Below, in pieces: positions 1 through 9,712 of a stretch of DNA of 64,000 bases. Numbering within the stretch: position 1 is the stretch's first letter; the number at the start of each line of letters is the position of its first letter. Source of the DNA: an uncultured Gemmatimonadales bacterium (GTDB lineage Bacteria > Gemmatimonadota > Gemmatimonadetes > Gemmatimonadales > GWC2-71-9); assembly GCA_963728915.1 (NCBI GenBank), contig CAVSLV010000001.1, positions 160,001-224,000 of the forward strand. Direction: 5' to 3'. Position numbers and translations under genes: made by a program. The notes under the pieces are model-generated. The model saw only the letters and a program-made list of their open reading frames with translations. It was not told where the DNA came from and ran no database searches.

Positions 1-1
1 G

Positions 2-154
2 GACGTGGACGCCCATCCCAAGACCCCGATGCGATTCAACGTGCGGTCGATTCCGAGCCTGCTCTTCTTCAAGGACGGAAAGCACGTCGACACCGTGGTC
101 GGGCTGGTGCCCCGTCCGGCGCTCGAAGCTCGTATCCAGCAGCATCTGGGCTGA
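2..154 (+). CDS. trxA: Thioredoxin, C-terminal part (5' end outside window)
   Basis: Manual translation DVDAHPKTPMRFNVRSIPSLLFFKDGKHVDTVVGLVPRPALEARIQQHLG* matches the thioredoxin C-terminal half (VRSIP, FKDG). Confidence 0.88.
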   Translation, partial: DVDAHPKTPMRFNVRSIPSLLFFKDGKHVDTVVGLVPRPALEARIQQHLG

Positions 155-158
155 GCCC

Positions 159-995
159 GTGCCCGGCGGCACGCTGTACGTTGTCGCCACCCCTCTCGGT
201 CACCTCGGCGATCTGACGGCGCGGGTTACGGAGACCCTCCGGTCCGTGCCGATCGTCGCCGCCGAAGACACCCGCCGGACCCGGGCCCTGCTCTCGCATC
301 TGGACGCCCATCCCCGGCTGGTCGCCTACCATGCCCATGCCGCCCCGGCGGTCACCACGGCCATCCTCGAAGCGATCCGGGACGGCAAGGACGTCGCGCT
401 GGTGACCGACGCCGGCACACCGGCGGTGAGCGATCCCGGCGGCGTGCTGGTCGACCGGGTGCGGCGGGCCGGATTTCGGGTGGTCCCCCTGCCAGGGCCT
501 TCCGCCGTAGCCGCAGCGCTCTCCGCCGCGGGATTGCCGGCCGATCGGTACGTCTTCCTTGGTTTTCTTCCCCGCAAGGGCGCCGAACGGAGCCGGATGC
601 TCGAACGGGTCGGGCGGGAAGACTGGACCATGGTGGCGTTCGAGTCGCCGGAACGGGTGCGATCGCTGCTCGCCGATCTGATCGAGGCCTGCGGTGCGGA
701 CCGGCTGGCGGTGCTGGCGCGGGAGATGACCAAAGTCCACGAGGAGTTCCGGGCTGGCACCCTGGGCGAGCTTGCGACGAGCCTCGGCTCGGACGAATCC
801 CTCAAGGGAGAGTGTACGGTGGTGATCGCGGGCCGGCCCCGGACCGGGCGATCCGAGGATGGGGAGCGAATCGGTCAGGCCGCCGACCGGTTGCTCGCGG
901 CCGGGGTGTCCAGGCGGGAAGTCACCGCGCTGCTGGTCGAGCTCTTCGGAGCCAGCCGCAACGAAGCATATGCGAGGGTGAATCGTGAATCGTAG
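159..995 (+). CDS. rsmI: 16S rRNA (cytidine1402-2'-O)-methyltransferase
   Basis: GTLYVVATPLGHLGD, AAEDTR, ALVTDAGTPAVSDPG, LPGPSA, FESPER, AREMTKVHEEF, LKGE motifs. Confidence 0.95.
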   Translation: MPGGTLYVVATPLGHLGDLTARVTETLRSVPIVAAEDTRRTRALLSHLDAHPRLVAYHAHAAPAVTTAILEAIRDGKDVALVTDAGTPAVSDPGGVLVDRVRRAGFRVVPLPGPSAVAAALSAAGLPADRYVFLGFLPRKGAERSRMLERVGREDWTMVAFESPERVRSLLADLIEACGADRLAVLAREMTKVHEEFRAGTLGELATSLGSDESLKGECTVVIAGRPRTGRSEDGERIGQAADRLLAAGVSRREVTALLVELFGASRNEAYARVNRES

Positions 996-1650
996 CTGGG
1001 CGCTGGCGGTGGTTCTGCTCGGCGCGGGTGGAACCGCGGCGGGGGCCCAGGCCCCGCTCACCATCGGGCGGCTGCACTACGACGGTGGCGGCGACTGGTA
1101 CGCCAATCCCTCCAGCCTGCCCAACCTGCTCGAAGCCATCGGTACCCGGACTCGGCTCAAAGTGACTCCCCGCGAAAAAGTGGTGACGCTCACCGACCCG
1201 GACCTCTGGGAAGTTCCCTATCTCTACATGACCGGCCATGGCAACGTCCGGTTCAGCGACGAGGAAGTCGGCATCCTGCGGCGCTATCTGCAACAGGGGG
1301 GCTTCCTCCATGCGGACGACTGCTACGGCATGGATGTCTCCATCCGTCGCGAGCTGAAGCGGATCTTCCCCGATCGCGAGATGGTGGATGTCCCGCTGGA
1401 TCACGCCATCTACAACGTCATGTACAAGCTTCCGCAGGGGATTCCCAAGATCCATGAGCACGACGGCAAGCCGGCTCAGGGCCTGGGCATCTTCCTCGAT
1501 GGCCGGCTGGTGGTGTACTACAGCTACCAGAGCGACCTGGGCGATGGGTGGGAGGACCCCGAGGTTCATAACGACCCGCCCGAGAAGCGGGAAGCCGCTC
1601 TGCGCATGGGGGTGAACCTGTTTCTTTACGCCGTGGGTGGCCGGCAATGA
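985..1650 (+). CDS. Secreted DUF4159-family protein
   Basis: Signal peptide; YDGGGDWYANP, PYLYMTGHG, LRRYLQQGGFLHADDCYG, DLGDGWED, MGVNLFLYA motifs typical of DUF4159. Confidence 0.85.
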   Translation: MNRSWALAVVLLGAGGTAAGAQAPLTIGRLHYDGGGDWYANPSSLPNLLEAIGTRTRLKVTPREKVVTLTDPDLWEVPYLYMTGHGNVRFSDEEVGILRRYLQQGGFLHADDCYGMDVSIRRELKRIFPDREMVDVPLDHAIYNVMYKLPQGIPKIHEHDGKPAQGLGIFLDGRLVVYYSYQSDLGDGWEDPEVHNDPPEKREAALRMGVNLFLYAVGGRQ

Positions 1651-4600
1651 CCCTGACCGCCCAGGCCCTGCGCCACGCGAGGCGTCCCCTTCGGGGACGG
1701 CTCATCGGGCTTGGCACGGTGGCGCCTGTGGCCGGGTTTGTGGCCGGGCTCGCCCTCGCCGGGTGGGCGATTCGGCTGGCGACCCTCTGGTCCCCCTATT
1801 ACGTCGTGGTGGGCTGGGGGTTCGGTTTCCTGACCGCCGGGCTGGTGCTCTGGGCGGTGCTCCGGTTGAGGCGGCGTTTCTCCGTGGTCGGAGTCGCCCA
1901 GCGGCTGGAGCGAACCGGGTGGCGGCTGGGTGCGCTGCAGGGATTCCTCGAACCGGCGGCTTCCGGAACCAGTGACTCGTTGTTCGCGGCGGCCGACGCG
2001 CGCGCCGCGGGTTCCATCGTCTCCGACTCGAGGGCAGCGCTGGCGCCGGAGCGACGCCGATTGGGCCGGGTGCTCGGGATCACGCTCGGGGTACTCGGTG
2101 GCGCGGTCCTGCTTCTCGGCGCGGCGGGCGCCGGCGGGCGTCGCTCCGCCCTGCTCTGGCAACCGCGCCTCACGCTCGGTCTTCTCGCCAGTCCGCTGGA
2201 GCTCAGCACCGATCGGCCGGTGGTCGACCAGGGGGATTCGGTCCATCTCACCGTGTCGGCTCCGGGGCGACAACGAGTCTGGTTGTGGACCCGTTCGCCC
2301 GGCACCGCCTGGACCCGGCAGGAAGTGACCGTCGACTCTTCCGGGTCAGCCCTCCGGACGATCGGTCCGCTGCACGACCCCCTCTATGCCCATCTCACCG
2401 CCGGGGCCCGGAGCTCCGACACGATAGCCGTCGCGGTTCGGCGTCCCGCCTTTCTCGCGTCCCTTGCTCTGACGCTGCGTTATCCCCGCTACCTGGGCAT
2501 CGAGGATGAACCGATCTCCCTGGGGTCCGATACCCTGATCGTCCCGGCCGGAAGCCGGATCGATCTTGCCGGCGAGTCCACCGTCGGGTTGAGCGGTGCG
2601 GACTGGGAGCACGAAGGGATGCGATGGCCGCTTCGGGTCAACGGCGCCGCGATCGAGGGAGGCCTCGCTCCGGCCGTTTCCGGCCGGTACCGTCTGGCGA
2701 TCCGGACCGACGAAGGCATCCCGCTGCCGGGCGATGAGCTGGGGATCACCCTGCGGGTTATGCCGGACACCCCGCCGGCCATCGATATCCCGGTTCCCGC
2801 CAGCGATACCGTCGCGCCGGCGTCGGGGGCGGTCCCCCTGGTGATCGATGCCCGGGACGATCATGGGTTGACCGACGTGACGCTGGAACGGCGGGTGCTC
2901 CGCGCCGGCCAGGCGGTCCCCCTTCCCGAGGAGCGTCTTCCCTTGCCGGGCGCCGGTCTCGATCGGGCCATCCTTCCGGCGGCGGTGGATCCCGCTCTGC
3001 TCAAGCTCCAGGCCGGTGACACACTGGTACTGGCGGCGCGAGCCCGGGACAATGCGCCCACCGGTCAGATCGGACGAAGCCGGGAAGTGCGAGTGATCAT
3101 GCCGACCCGACCCGAGCTCCGGGCCGAAGGTCGTGACCGCGCCGCCCAGCTGGCGAGACAGCTGGATTCCCTGGTTGCGGAGAGTCGTCGGGCGCAGCGC
3201 GAGGCGGAGGATCTCGGGCGGACGCAGCAGCGCGATCGCGCCGGGACCGGTCAGTCGGGAGAGCTGGACTTCGAAGGCGCCAAGAAAGCCCAGTCGGTGG
3301 CCGAGCGGCAGGATGAGCTGCTCAAGGACGCGGAGGCCGCCCGGCACGCGCTGGACGAGCTCAAGGCCAACGCCGAGCGCGCCGGCCTGGCGGACTCGAC
3401 CTTTCTCGAGCGGCTCCGTGAGGTGCAGGAGCAGCTGGATCAGGCCTTGAGTCCCGAGCTTCGCCAGAAGCTGGCCGAGCTGCAGGATGCGCTCAAGGCG
3501 CTCGATCGGGAACGGACCCGCTCGGCGGTGCAGAACCTGAGCGAGGCGCAGCAGAAGCTCCGGGAAGCGCTGGAGCGAAGCCGGGAGCTCTTCAAGCGTG
3601 CCGCCCTCGAGGGTGAGCTCGCCTCGCTGGAGCAGGAGTCGAAGGAGCTCACCGCGGCGCAGCGCGACTGGAATTCCACCCTGGGAACCAAGGACTCGGC
3701 GCGCACCGCGCAGGACGAGCGGGCCCTGGCGCAGCGCGCCGACAGCGTGGCCGGGGGTCTCAAGGAGGCGGCCCGCCAGCTCGAGTCCGAGGAGCGTCAG
3801 GATGCCTTGAACCGGGCCGCCGATACGGCGCGGGCCGCGGCGGGCCAGATGCGGCAGGCGGCGAACGCCGCGGAGCGATCCCGGAAGAACGAAGCGCAGC
3901 AGAGCGGACAGCAGGCGGCCGCCCGGCTCGGCAAGGTGCAGCAGAAGGTGCAGGAGCAGCGGGAAGGCCAGCAGGAGGAATGGCGCGAGGAAGTCGTCGC
4001 CCAGCTCGATCGCGCCCTCCTCGAAACCACCCGGCTCGCGGAACGTCAACTCGCGATTGCGGAACAGTTCCGCCGGGGCGCCGAGGCGAACGCGGCGCGG
4101 ACCGCCCAGGGCACGGCCGAGGAAGCGGTGCAGAAACTGCTCGATCAGGTCGCCGCCGCCAGCGGGAAGAATGCGCTGGTTTCTCCCCAGATCCTCGCGG
4201 CGCTGGCCGAGGCCCGGGAGCAGATGCAGAAGGCTCGGGAAGCGTCGTCCAGCGTGACCGGGACCATGCGGGAATCCGCGCAGAGCGCAGGCGAGGCGGT
4301 GGACGCGTTGAACGTGGCCGCCTACGGGTTGCTCCGGTCACGCGAAGAGGTGTCGGGGGCCAGCAGCGGCTCGGGGTTCGCCGAGGCGATGCAGCGCATG
4401 ACCCAGCTTGCCAATCGGCAGGGCCAGCTGAGCCAGGATGCGAACGGCCTGCTTCCCCTCATGGGCGCGAACAGCGCGCAGCAGCAACTCCAGGCGCTGG
4501 CTGCCCGGCAACGGGTCCTGGCGCAGGAGCTGGAGCGGCTCCGGGCCCAGGGAGCGATCGATGCCAAACCGCTGGGAGACGAAGCGGGTGACCTGGCCCG

Positions 4601-4892
4601 GCAGATGGAACGCGGCCGGCTCGATCAGGACATCGTCGCCCGGCAGGAGCGCCTCTTCCGCCGGATGCTCGATGCGGGTCGCACTCTGCAAGGTCGCGAG
4701 GAAGATCAACAGAAGGAGCGCCAGAGCGAGACCGCCAAGCCCGGTCAGCTCCTGGTGCCACCGGCGCTTCGCGACCGGTTGCTCCGGGAGACCATCCGCT
4801 TGCCCGATTGGGAAACGCTGCAGCGGCTTTCCCCGGAGGAGCGTCGTCTGGTGACCGACTACTTCCGGCGGCTCAGCGGGGCCATCCCATGA
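1647..4892 (+). CDS. DUF4175-like large membrane-anchored coiled-coil protein
   Basis: N-terminal TM helices, Ig-like middle with 'DxPP..I..P', 'ARDDHGL' and 'ARDN' motifs, long Q/E/A-rich coiled coil, C-terminal 'LVTDYFRRL'. Confidence 0.7.
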   Translation: MTLTAQALRHARRPLRGRLIGLGTVAPVAGFVAGLALAGWAIRLATLWSPYYVVVGWGFGFLTAGLVLWAVLRLRRRFSVVGVAQRLERTGWRLGALQGFLEPAASGTSDSLFAAADARAAGSIVSDSRAALAPERRRLGRVLGITLGVLGGAVLLLGAAGAGGRRSALLWQPRLTLGLLASPLELSTDRPVVDQGDSVHLTVSAPGRQRVWLWTRSPGTAWTRQEVTVDSSGSALRTIGPLHDPLYAHLTAGARSSDTIAVAVRRPAFLASLALTLRYPRYLGIEDEPISLGSDTLIVPAGSRIDLAGESTVGLSGADWEHEGMRWPLRVNGAAIEGGLAPAVSGRYRLAIRTDEGIPLPGDELGITLRVMPDTPPAIDIPVPASDTVAPASGAVPLVIDARDDHGLTDVTLERRVLRAGQAVPLPEERLPLPGAGLDRAILPAAVDPALLKLQAGDTLVLAARARDNAPTGQIGRSREVRVIMPTRPELRAEGRDRAAQLARQLDSLVAESRRAQREAEDLGRTQQRDRAGTGQSGELDFEGAKKAQSVAERQDELLKDAEAARHALDELKANAERAGLADSTFLERLREVQEQLDQALSPELRQKLAELQDALKALDRERTRSAVQNLSEAQQKLREALERSRELFKRAALEGELASLEQESKELTAAQRDWNSTLGTKDSARTAQDERALAQRADSVAGGLKEAARQLESEERQDALNRAADTARAAAGQMRQAANAAERSRKNEAQQSGQQAAARLGKVQQKVQEQREGQQEEWREEVVAQLDRALLETTRLAERQLAIAEQFRRGAEANAARTAQGTAEEAVQKLLDQVAAASGKNALVSPQILAALAEAREQMQKAREASSSVTGTMRESAQSAGEAVDALNVAAYGLLRSREEVSGASSGSGFAEAMQRMTQLANRQGQLSQDANGLLPLMGANSAQQQLQALAARQRVLAQELERLRAQGAIDAKPLGDEAGDLARQMERGRLDQDIVARQERLFRRMLDAGRTLQGREEDQQKERQSETAKPGQLLVPPALRDRLLRETIRLPDWETLQRLSPEERRLVTDYFRRLSGAIP

Positions 4893-6574
4893 AGCCGCTG
4901 GTCCTGGCCGGCGCCCTGGTGACCCTGGCCGGTCCGCTGCTGGCCCAGGGCGCCGCCGAGCGTGCCCTCGAGCTGGAGCGGCGGGATCCGGCCGAAGCGG
5001 CGGTGGTGTGGCGCTCGGTGCTGACAGGCAAGCCGGCGGATCTGCAGGCCCTCATGGGCCTGGAGCGCGCCCTGACCCCACTGGGCCGAGTGCCCGAGAT
5101 GGTGGACGCGGTCCGCGCGGCTCTGGCGCGGGACAGCTCCGCTGGCGTGTTAGGGGTCGGGATCCGGGTCTGGTCGGCGGCCCGCCAGCCCGACAGTGCC
5201 CGGGCCCTGGCGCTGCGCTGGTCCGCCGAGGAGCCGGCCAGCGACATCCCGTTTCAGGAATGGGGGATTGCCGCCTACGGGGCGCGCGATCTCGAAACCG
5301 CTCGCGCGGCGTATCTCCTGGGGCGCGAACGGCTCGGTCCCAATGCGTTCGCTTCGGAGCTGGGCCGCGTCGCGATGATCGCGGGCGACTATCCCACTGC
5401 CGCGGTGGAATGGAGCCGCGCCGTCGCCGCCAGCAAGGATGCCCGGGGCGCGGCCCTGTCGACGCTCGCCCAGACGCCGGCGCCCAGTCGCGCCATGCTG
5501 CTCGCCGAGCTGGGCCGGACCGGTCCTGCCGGCGACCGGCTGGCGGCGGGACTCCTGGCGCGATGGGGCGAGCCGCTCGCCGCGGTGCGCCGCATCGAGG
5601 CCATCCCCGATGGATGGTCGGATCTGCTGGGCGATCTCGGACGAGGCGGACCGGAGCCGGAGACGGCGACCGCGCGGGCCCGGCTGCTCGAGCTCCTGGC
5701 CGGGCGGTCCTCCGGCGCCGAGCGGGGACAGTATCGGCTCGATGCGGCCCAGTCCTATGCCGAGGCGGGAGACACTGAAGCGGCGCGCCGGCTCCTGTCG
5801 ATGGTCGCGCGCGACTCCACCGCGCTGAGCGGCACCTCCCTCGCCGCCACGTCCCTCATCATCGGCGTGCTGGTCGAGGAAGGCGGGCTCGAAGCGGCGG
5901 ACCGCCGGTTCCGCGACCTGGCTCCCCAGCTCCAGGCGGAAGACCGGGATCGCCTCGCGCTGCGGCTCGCCGAAGGGTGGGCCCGAAAGGGCCGGCTGGG
6001 ACGGGCCGATACCCTGGTCGCCGCCGACAGCTCAGTCGAGGCGCTCGCGCTGCGAGGCCGGATCGCGCTGTACCGCGGCGATCTGGGCGGGGCGCGCGAG
6101 ATGCTGCGGGAGGCCGGCCCCTTCGCCGGGGACCGGGCCGATGCGACCCAGCGGATTGGCGTGTTAGGCCTTCTTCAGGTGATCCAGGCGGACACCCTGG
6201 AGGCCCTGGGCACCGCGTTGCTCCAGCTCGAGCAGGGGGACAGCGCGACCGCGGCTCATCAAATGGAGCAGGCGGCGGTGGGTCTGCCGCCCGACCATGG
6301 CGGCGCGGAGCTCCTCCTGTTCGCGGGGCAGATTCAGGCCGGGCTCAACCATCCGGTCGAGGCGGAGCGTCTCTTCCACGCGGTGGTCGAGCAGAATGTC
6401 GCCGCCAGCTCGGCGGCGGCGGAGTTTGCGCTGGCGGGTCTGCTGGTGAAACAGGGAAAGAGCGCCGAAGCGATCGCGGCTCTGGAGCACCTGCTGCTGA
6501 CCTGGCCCACCAGCGCGGTCGTGCCCCAGGCCCGCCGGCTCCGCGACGTCGCCCGGGGAGCGGTCCCCTCATGA
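4889..6574 (+). CDS. Secreted TPR/helical-repeat protein
   Basis: ATG 4889 overlaps the upstream stop (ATGA); signal peptide MKPLVLAGALVTLAGPLLAQ; Ala/Leu helical repeats; BamD/CpoB-like C-terminal TPR (AIAALEHLLLTWPTS). Confidence 0.7.
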   Translation: MKPLVLAGALVTLAGPLLAQGAAERALELERRDPAEAAVVWRSVLTGKPADLQALMGLERALTPLGRVPEMVDAVRAALARDSSAGVLGVGIRVWSAARQPDSARALALRWSAEEPASDIPFQEWGIAAYGARDLETARAAYLLGRERLGPNAFASELGRVAMIAGDYPTAAVEWSRAVAASKDARGAALSTLAQTPAPSRAMLLAELGRTGPAGDRLAAGLLARWGEPLAAVRRIEAIPDGWSDLLGDLGRGGPEPETATARARLLELLAGRSSGAERGQYRLDAAQSYAEAGDTEAARRLLSMVARDSTALSGTSLAATSLIIGVLVEEGGLEAADRRFRDLAPQLQAEDRDRLALRLAEGWARKGRLGRADTLVAADSSVEALALRGRIALYRGDLGGAREMLREAGPFAGDRADATQRIGVLGLLQVIQADTLEALGTALLQLEQGDSATAAHQMEQAAVGLPPDHGGAELLLFAGQIQAGLNHPVEAERLFHAVVEQNVAASSAAAEFALAGLLVKQGKSAEAIAALEHLLLTWPTSAVVPQARRLRDVARGAVPS

Positions 6575-7851
6575 GGCGGCGCGACTTTCTCGGGGCCCTG
6601 GCCGGCGGCGCAGCGGCCGCCCGGCTCGACGGCTGGCGACTCCCCGCCGCGGGCTGGTTTCTGATTCCGATGGATGACAGCCAGGCGGATCACCTCAAGG
6701 CCTACGGCGTGACCTACCGGGTGCTGGAGCGGGGTGGCCGGGCTGAATGGCTGCTCAACTATCGGGCTGGCTCGTTTCTCCTGCCCGGCGACCCCGCCAT
6801 CCTGCGCGATGCGACGCTGGCCGGCGTCACCATCGCCCCGGTGGATGATGGAACCGTCGCCCAGCTCCGGGCCGAGATCGCCCAATCCAACATGGACGCG
6901 GTGCCGCTCGAAAAAGCGCCCAAGGTGGCGGTGTACGTCGCGCCCAACGCCGCGCCCTGGGATGATGCGGTTTCGATGGCCCTCCAGTACGCCGGCATCG
7001 GATACGAGAAGATCTGGGATACCGAGGTGATGGGGGAGCAGCTCAAGCGATTCGACTGGCTCCACCTGCATCACGAGGACTTCACCGGTCAGTACTCGAA
7101 ATTCTATCTGAGCTATGCCGGCGCGCCCTGGCTCCAGGAGATGGTGGACCGGAACCAGCGGATGGCCCGCCAGCTGGGCTTCCCCAGCGTGCCGGCGGTC
7201 AAGAAAGCGGTGGCCCGCACGATCGCGGGTTATGTGGAGCGCGGCGGGTTTCTGTTCGCCATGTGCACCGCCACCGAAACGCTCGACCTGGCCCTGGCGA
7301 GCGAGGGGGTGGACATCGCGGCGGCGTTCGCCGACGGGACGCCCATGGACCCGGACGCGGCGGACAAGATGCACTGGGACAAGGCCCTGGCGTTCACCGG
7401 GGCCCGGCTCGAGCTGTCGCCGTCGATCCCGGCCTACTCGGACATCGACGGTCACCAGGTGAACTCACCCGACCGCCGGCAGCCGCTCGGCGCGTTCAGC
7501 CTGTTCAACTTCAGCGCCAAGATCGATCCGGTCCCCACCATGCTGGTGCAGTGCCATCGCCAGGTGATTCCCGATTTCTACGGGCTCACCACCTCATTCG
7601 CGCGGGACCGCCTCAAGCCGACAGTCACCGTGCTCGCCGAGGAGAGCGGGGCGCCGTGGGTCAAGTACATCCATGGCGAGCGGGGCCAGGGCACCTGGAC
7701 CTTTTTCGGCGGGCACGATCCCGAGGATCCCCAGCACCAGGTGGGAGACTCCCCGACGGATCTTTCCACCAAGACCCACTCGCCCGGCTACCGGCTGATC
7801 CTCAATAACGTGCTGTTTCCCGCCGCCAAGAAGAAGCAGCTCAAGACATGA
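6571..7851 (+). CDS. Tat-exported conserved protein (family often loosely labelled 'asparagine synthetase B'; probable class-I GATase-like fold)
   Basis: ATG 6571 overlaps the upstream stop; MRRRDFLG twin-arginine motif; LIPMD..Q.DHLKAYG, WLLNYR.GSF, DWLHLHHEDFTGQY, GGFLFAMC, GGHDPED, SPGYRLILNNVLFPAA. Confidence 0.7.
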   Translation: MRRRDFLGALAGGAAAARLDGWRLPAAGWFLIPMDDSQADHLKAYGVTYRVLERGGRAEWLLNYRAGSFLLPGDPAILRDATLAGVTIAPVDDGTVAQLRAEIAQSNMDAVPLEKAPKVAVYVAPNAAPWDDAVSMALQYAGIGYEKIWDTEVMGEQLKRFDWLHLHHEDFTGQYSKFYLSYAGAPWLQEMVDRNQRMARQLGFPSVPAVKKAVARTIAGYVERGGFLFAMCTATETLDLALASEGVDIAAAFADGTPMDPDAADKMHWDKALAFTGARLELSPSIPAYSDIDGHQVNSPDRRQPLGAFSLFNFSAKIDPVPTMLVQCHRQVIPDFYGLTTSFARDRLKPTVTVLAEESGAPWVKYIHGERGQGTWTFFGGHDPEDPQHQVGDSPTDLSTKTHSPGYRLILNNVLFPAAKKKQLKT

Positions 7852-9638
7852 GGCGGATTTCCCCCAGGTGGAATGTGCTCGCGGAGCGGAGCCCCTTCGG
7901 CCTGGTGGTGGTGGTGGCCGCGGCGCTGGTGACAGGGATCCTGTCTCCGCTTCGCTTGTTCACGGGATCGAGCAACGCGGCGCTCCACCTGCCGGTTCTC
8001 TCCCCGGCGGGCTCGGCGCTGGAATGGACCACGGACGCCCAGGGTCCCGCAGCGACCCAGGCCGACGCCGTGACCGGCCTGCTTCGGCTGCTCGGAATCC
8101 TGGGCTGGGTGGGATTCGCCATCGGGGCCCTGACCATATTCGCCTGCTACGCCGCTCAGGCCTCCGAGCGCGCCGCCGAGATCGGAGTGCGCCGGGCTAT
8201 CGGAGCGCCGCTCCGCCGGCTGGTGATCTGGGCGCTTCTCGAGGCGGCGATGCTCGCCGCGATCGCCCTCGCCTGCGGCGTGGCGATCGGGTCGGCGGGC
8301 CTGTCGGTCGCGAAGGCCGCCTGGCCGGGTTATGTGGACCGCTTCGGGCAGCTCGGGGTGGGACCCGCCGCGGCCATCAGCGCGGTCCTGGGAGCGGCCT
8401 GTCTGATCCCGTTCTGGCTGGCGCGATCCCGGCGGCTCGCTCAGGACCAGGACGCCCAGGTGGGGCTCCGGATTCCCACGGTGCAGATCGCGGTGAGCAT
8501 CGCCCTGCTGATGGGGTCGGCCGGCCTCATCGGGAAGGCGGCCTCCCCTCGGGGGTCCGGCGTCGTCGTCCGGGCCGGAGGGGGAGTAATCGCCCACGTG
8601 GATTCGGGCCTTTCGGACCCGGCCATGCGCCGGTCCCGATATGCCGCGTTACTGACCCGGGCCTCCCGGAACGAGACCGGTGTTCTTCTCAGCCTGACGA
8701 CGCCCGGGGCCGCCTTCGGGTTAGGAACGGTTACCGAGATCACGACGGATTGTGGCAGTTGTCTGTTTGGGGGAATTGGCCTTCGGTGGCCACACTTCCG
8801 GGTCGTGGCACACAGTGTGAGCCCCGATTCCTTCCGGATTCTTGGGGTGCGGGTTGTCGAGGGTCGTGGCATCGCCCTGACCGATCTGGAAGGCTCGGAA
8901 CCGGTCGCCGTGGTCAACCGGGTGCTGGCGCGCCGGTATTTCCAGGGTGGACAGGCAATCGGCAGAGTCCTCTATCTCGGCGCCGGCAGCATGAATCGGC
9001 CCTATCGAGTGATCGGAGTGGTCGAGGATGAAGCGCCCTGGGTTCTGGGCGGCTCGCGGCAACCGCTGGAGACCCTGTATTTGAGCATCCTTCAGCACGC
9101 TTCGCGGGAGGTGGAAATCCTGGCTCGTCCCGGCTCCGGAATTGGATCCGCCCGGGCAACGGTCTTGCAATCGATCGCAGAGCTTGGTCCCACCGCGACA
9201 CTTCGACGGATCGCCGGCGAATCCGCTGCTCTCCAGGGTCAGGTGGCCGCCGTCCGCTGGTTTGGCTGGGCCTTCCGCCTGATCGCGAGCGCCGTGCTGC
9301 TCATCGCGCTGGCGGGAGTGATTCTCTCGGTGCGGCGCTGGGCCGAGTCGGTCGCCTGGGAGATCGCGCTCCGGCGCTCCATAGGAGCGCGGCGCTTCCG
9401 ACTCGCCGGGTCCATCGTGCTCAAGGTGGCCGGGATGGCCTGTGGTGGAGGGATCCTGGGCGTTTTTCTGTACCAACAGGTTGTGGCGGCCGCGCTGGCT
9501 GATTCCTTGTCCATTCCGCCGCTGGTCTCGCCCAATATGTTCATCACTGTGGCGCTTCCGGTGCTCCTCGCGGCTGTGCTCGGCTCGATCCCCGCCTTTG
9601 GAATCCTCTATCGTCCGCCCGCGACGATGCTTCGCTAG
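7848..9638 (+). CDS. ABC transporter permease (MacB/FtsX-type, duplicated FtsX domains)
   Basis: Two 'EIG/AL.R.A/SIGA' FtsX signatures; MacB periplasmic motifs VSPDSFRILG, VAVVNRVLARRYF, YRVIGVV. Confidence 0.8.
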   Translation: MRRISPRWNVLAERSPFGLVVVVAAALVTGILSPLRLFTGSSNAALHLPVLSPAGSALEWTTDAQGPAATQADAVTGLLRLLGILGWVGFAIGALTIFACYAAQASERAAEIGVRRAIGAPLRRLVIWALLEAAMLAAIALACGVAIGSAGLSVAKAAWPGYVDRFGQLGVGPAAAISAVLGAACLIPFWLARSRRLAQDQDAQVGLRIPTVQIAVSIALLMGSAGLIGKAASPRGSGVVVRAGGGVIAHVDSGLSDPAMRRSRYAALLTRASRNETGVLLSLTTPGAAFGLGTVTEITTDCGSCLFGGIGLRWPHFRVVAHSVSPDSFRILGVRVVEGRGIALTDLEGSEPVAVVNRVLARRYFQGGQAIGRVLYLGAGSMNRPYRVIGVVEDEAPWVLGGSRQPLETLYLSILQHASREVEILARPGSGIGSARATVLQSIAELGPTATLRRIAGESAALQGQVAAVRWFGWAFRLIASAVLLIALAGVILSVRRWAESVAWEIALRRSIGARRFRLAGSIVLKVAGMACGGGILGVFLYQQVVAAALADSLSIPPLVSPNMFITVALPVLLAAVLGSIPAFGILYRPPATMLR

Positions 9639-9712
9639 CCGTTCCGGCTGGGCAACCGAGGCAGACTCGTCCCGACCGGCGCCAGTCCGCGGTTAGCTTT
9701 CACTCCTTCCCC

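Noticed and set aside
2346..4049. Long antisense/alternate-frame ORFs (e.g. 2346-4049, 10094-11704, 32896-34812, 40338-42323, 44449-45984, 46289-47929)
   Set aside because: Shadow ORFs expected in high-GC DNA opposite well-supported genes; no recognisable motifs
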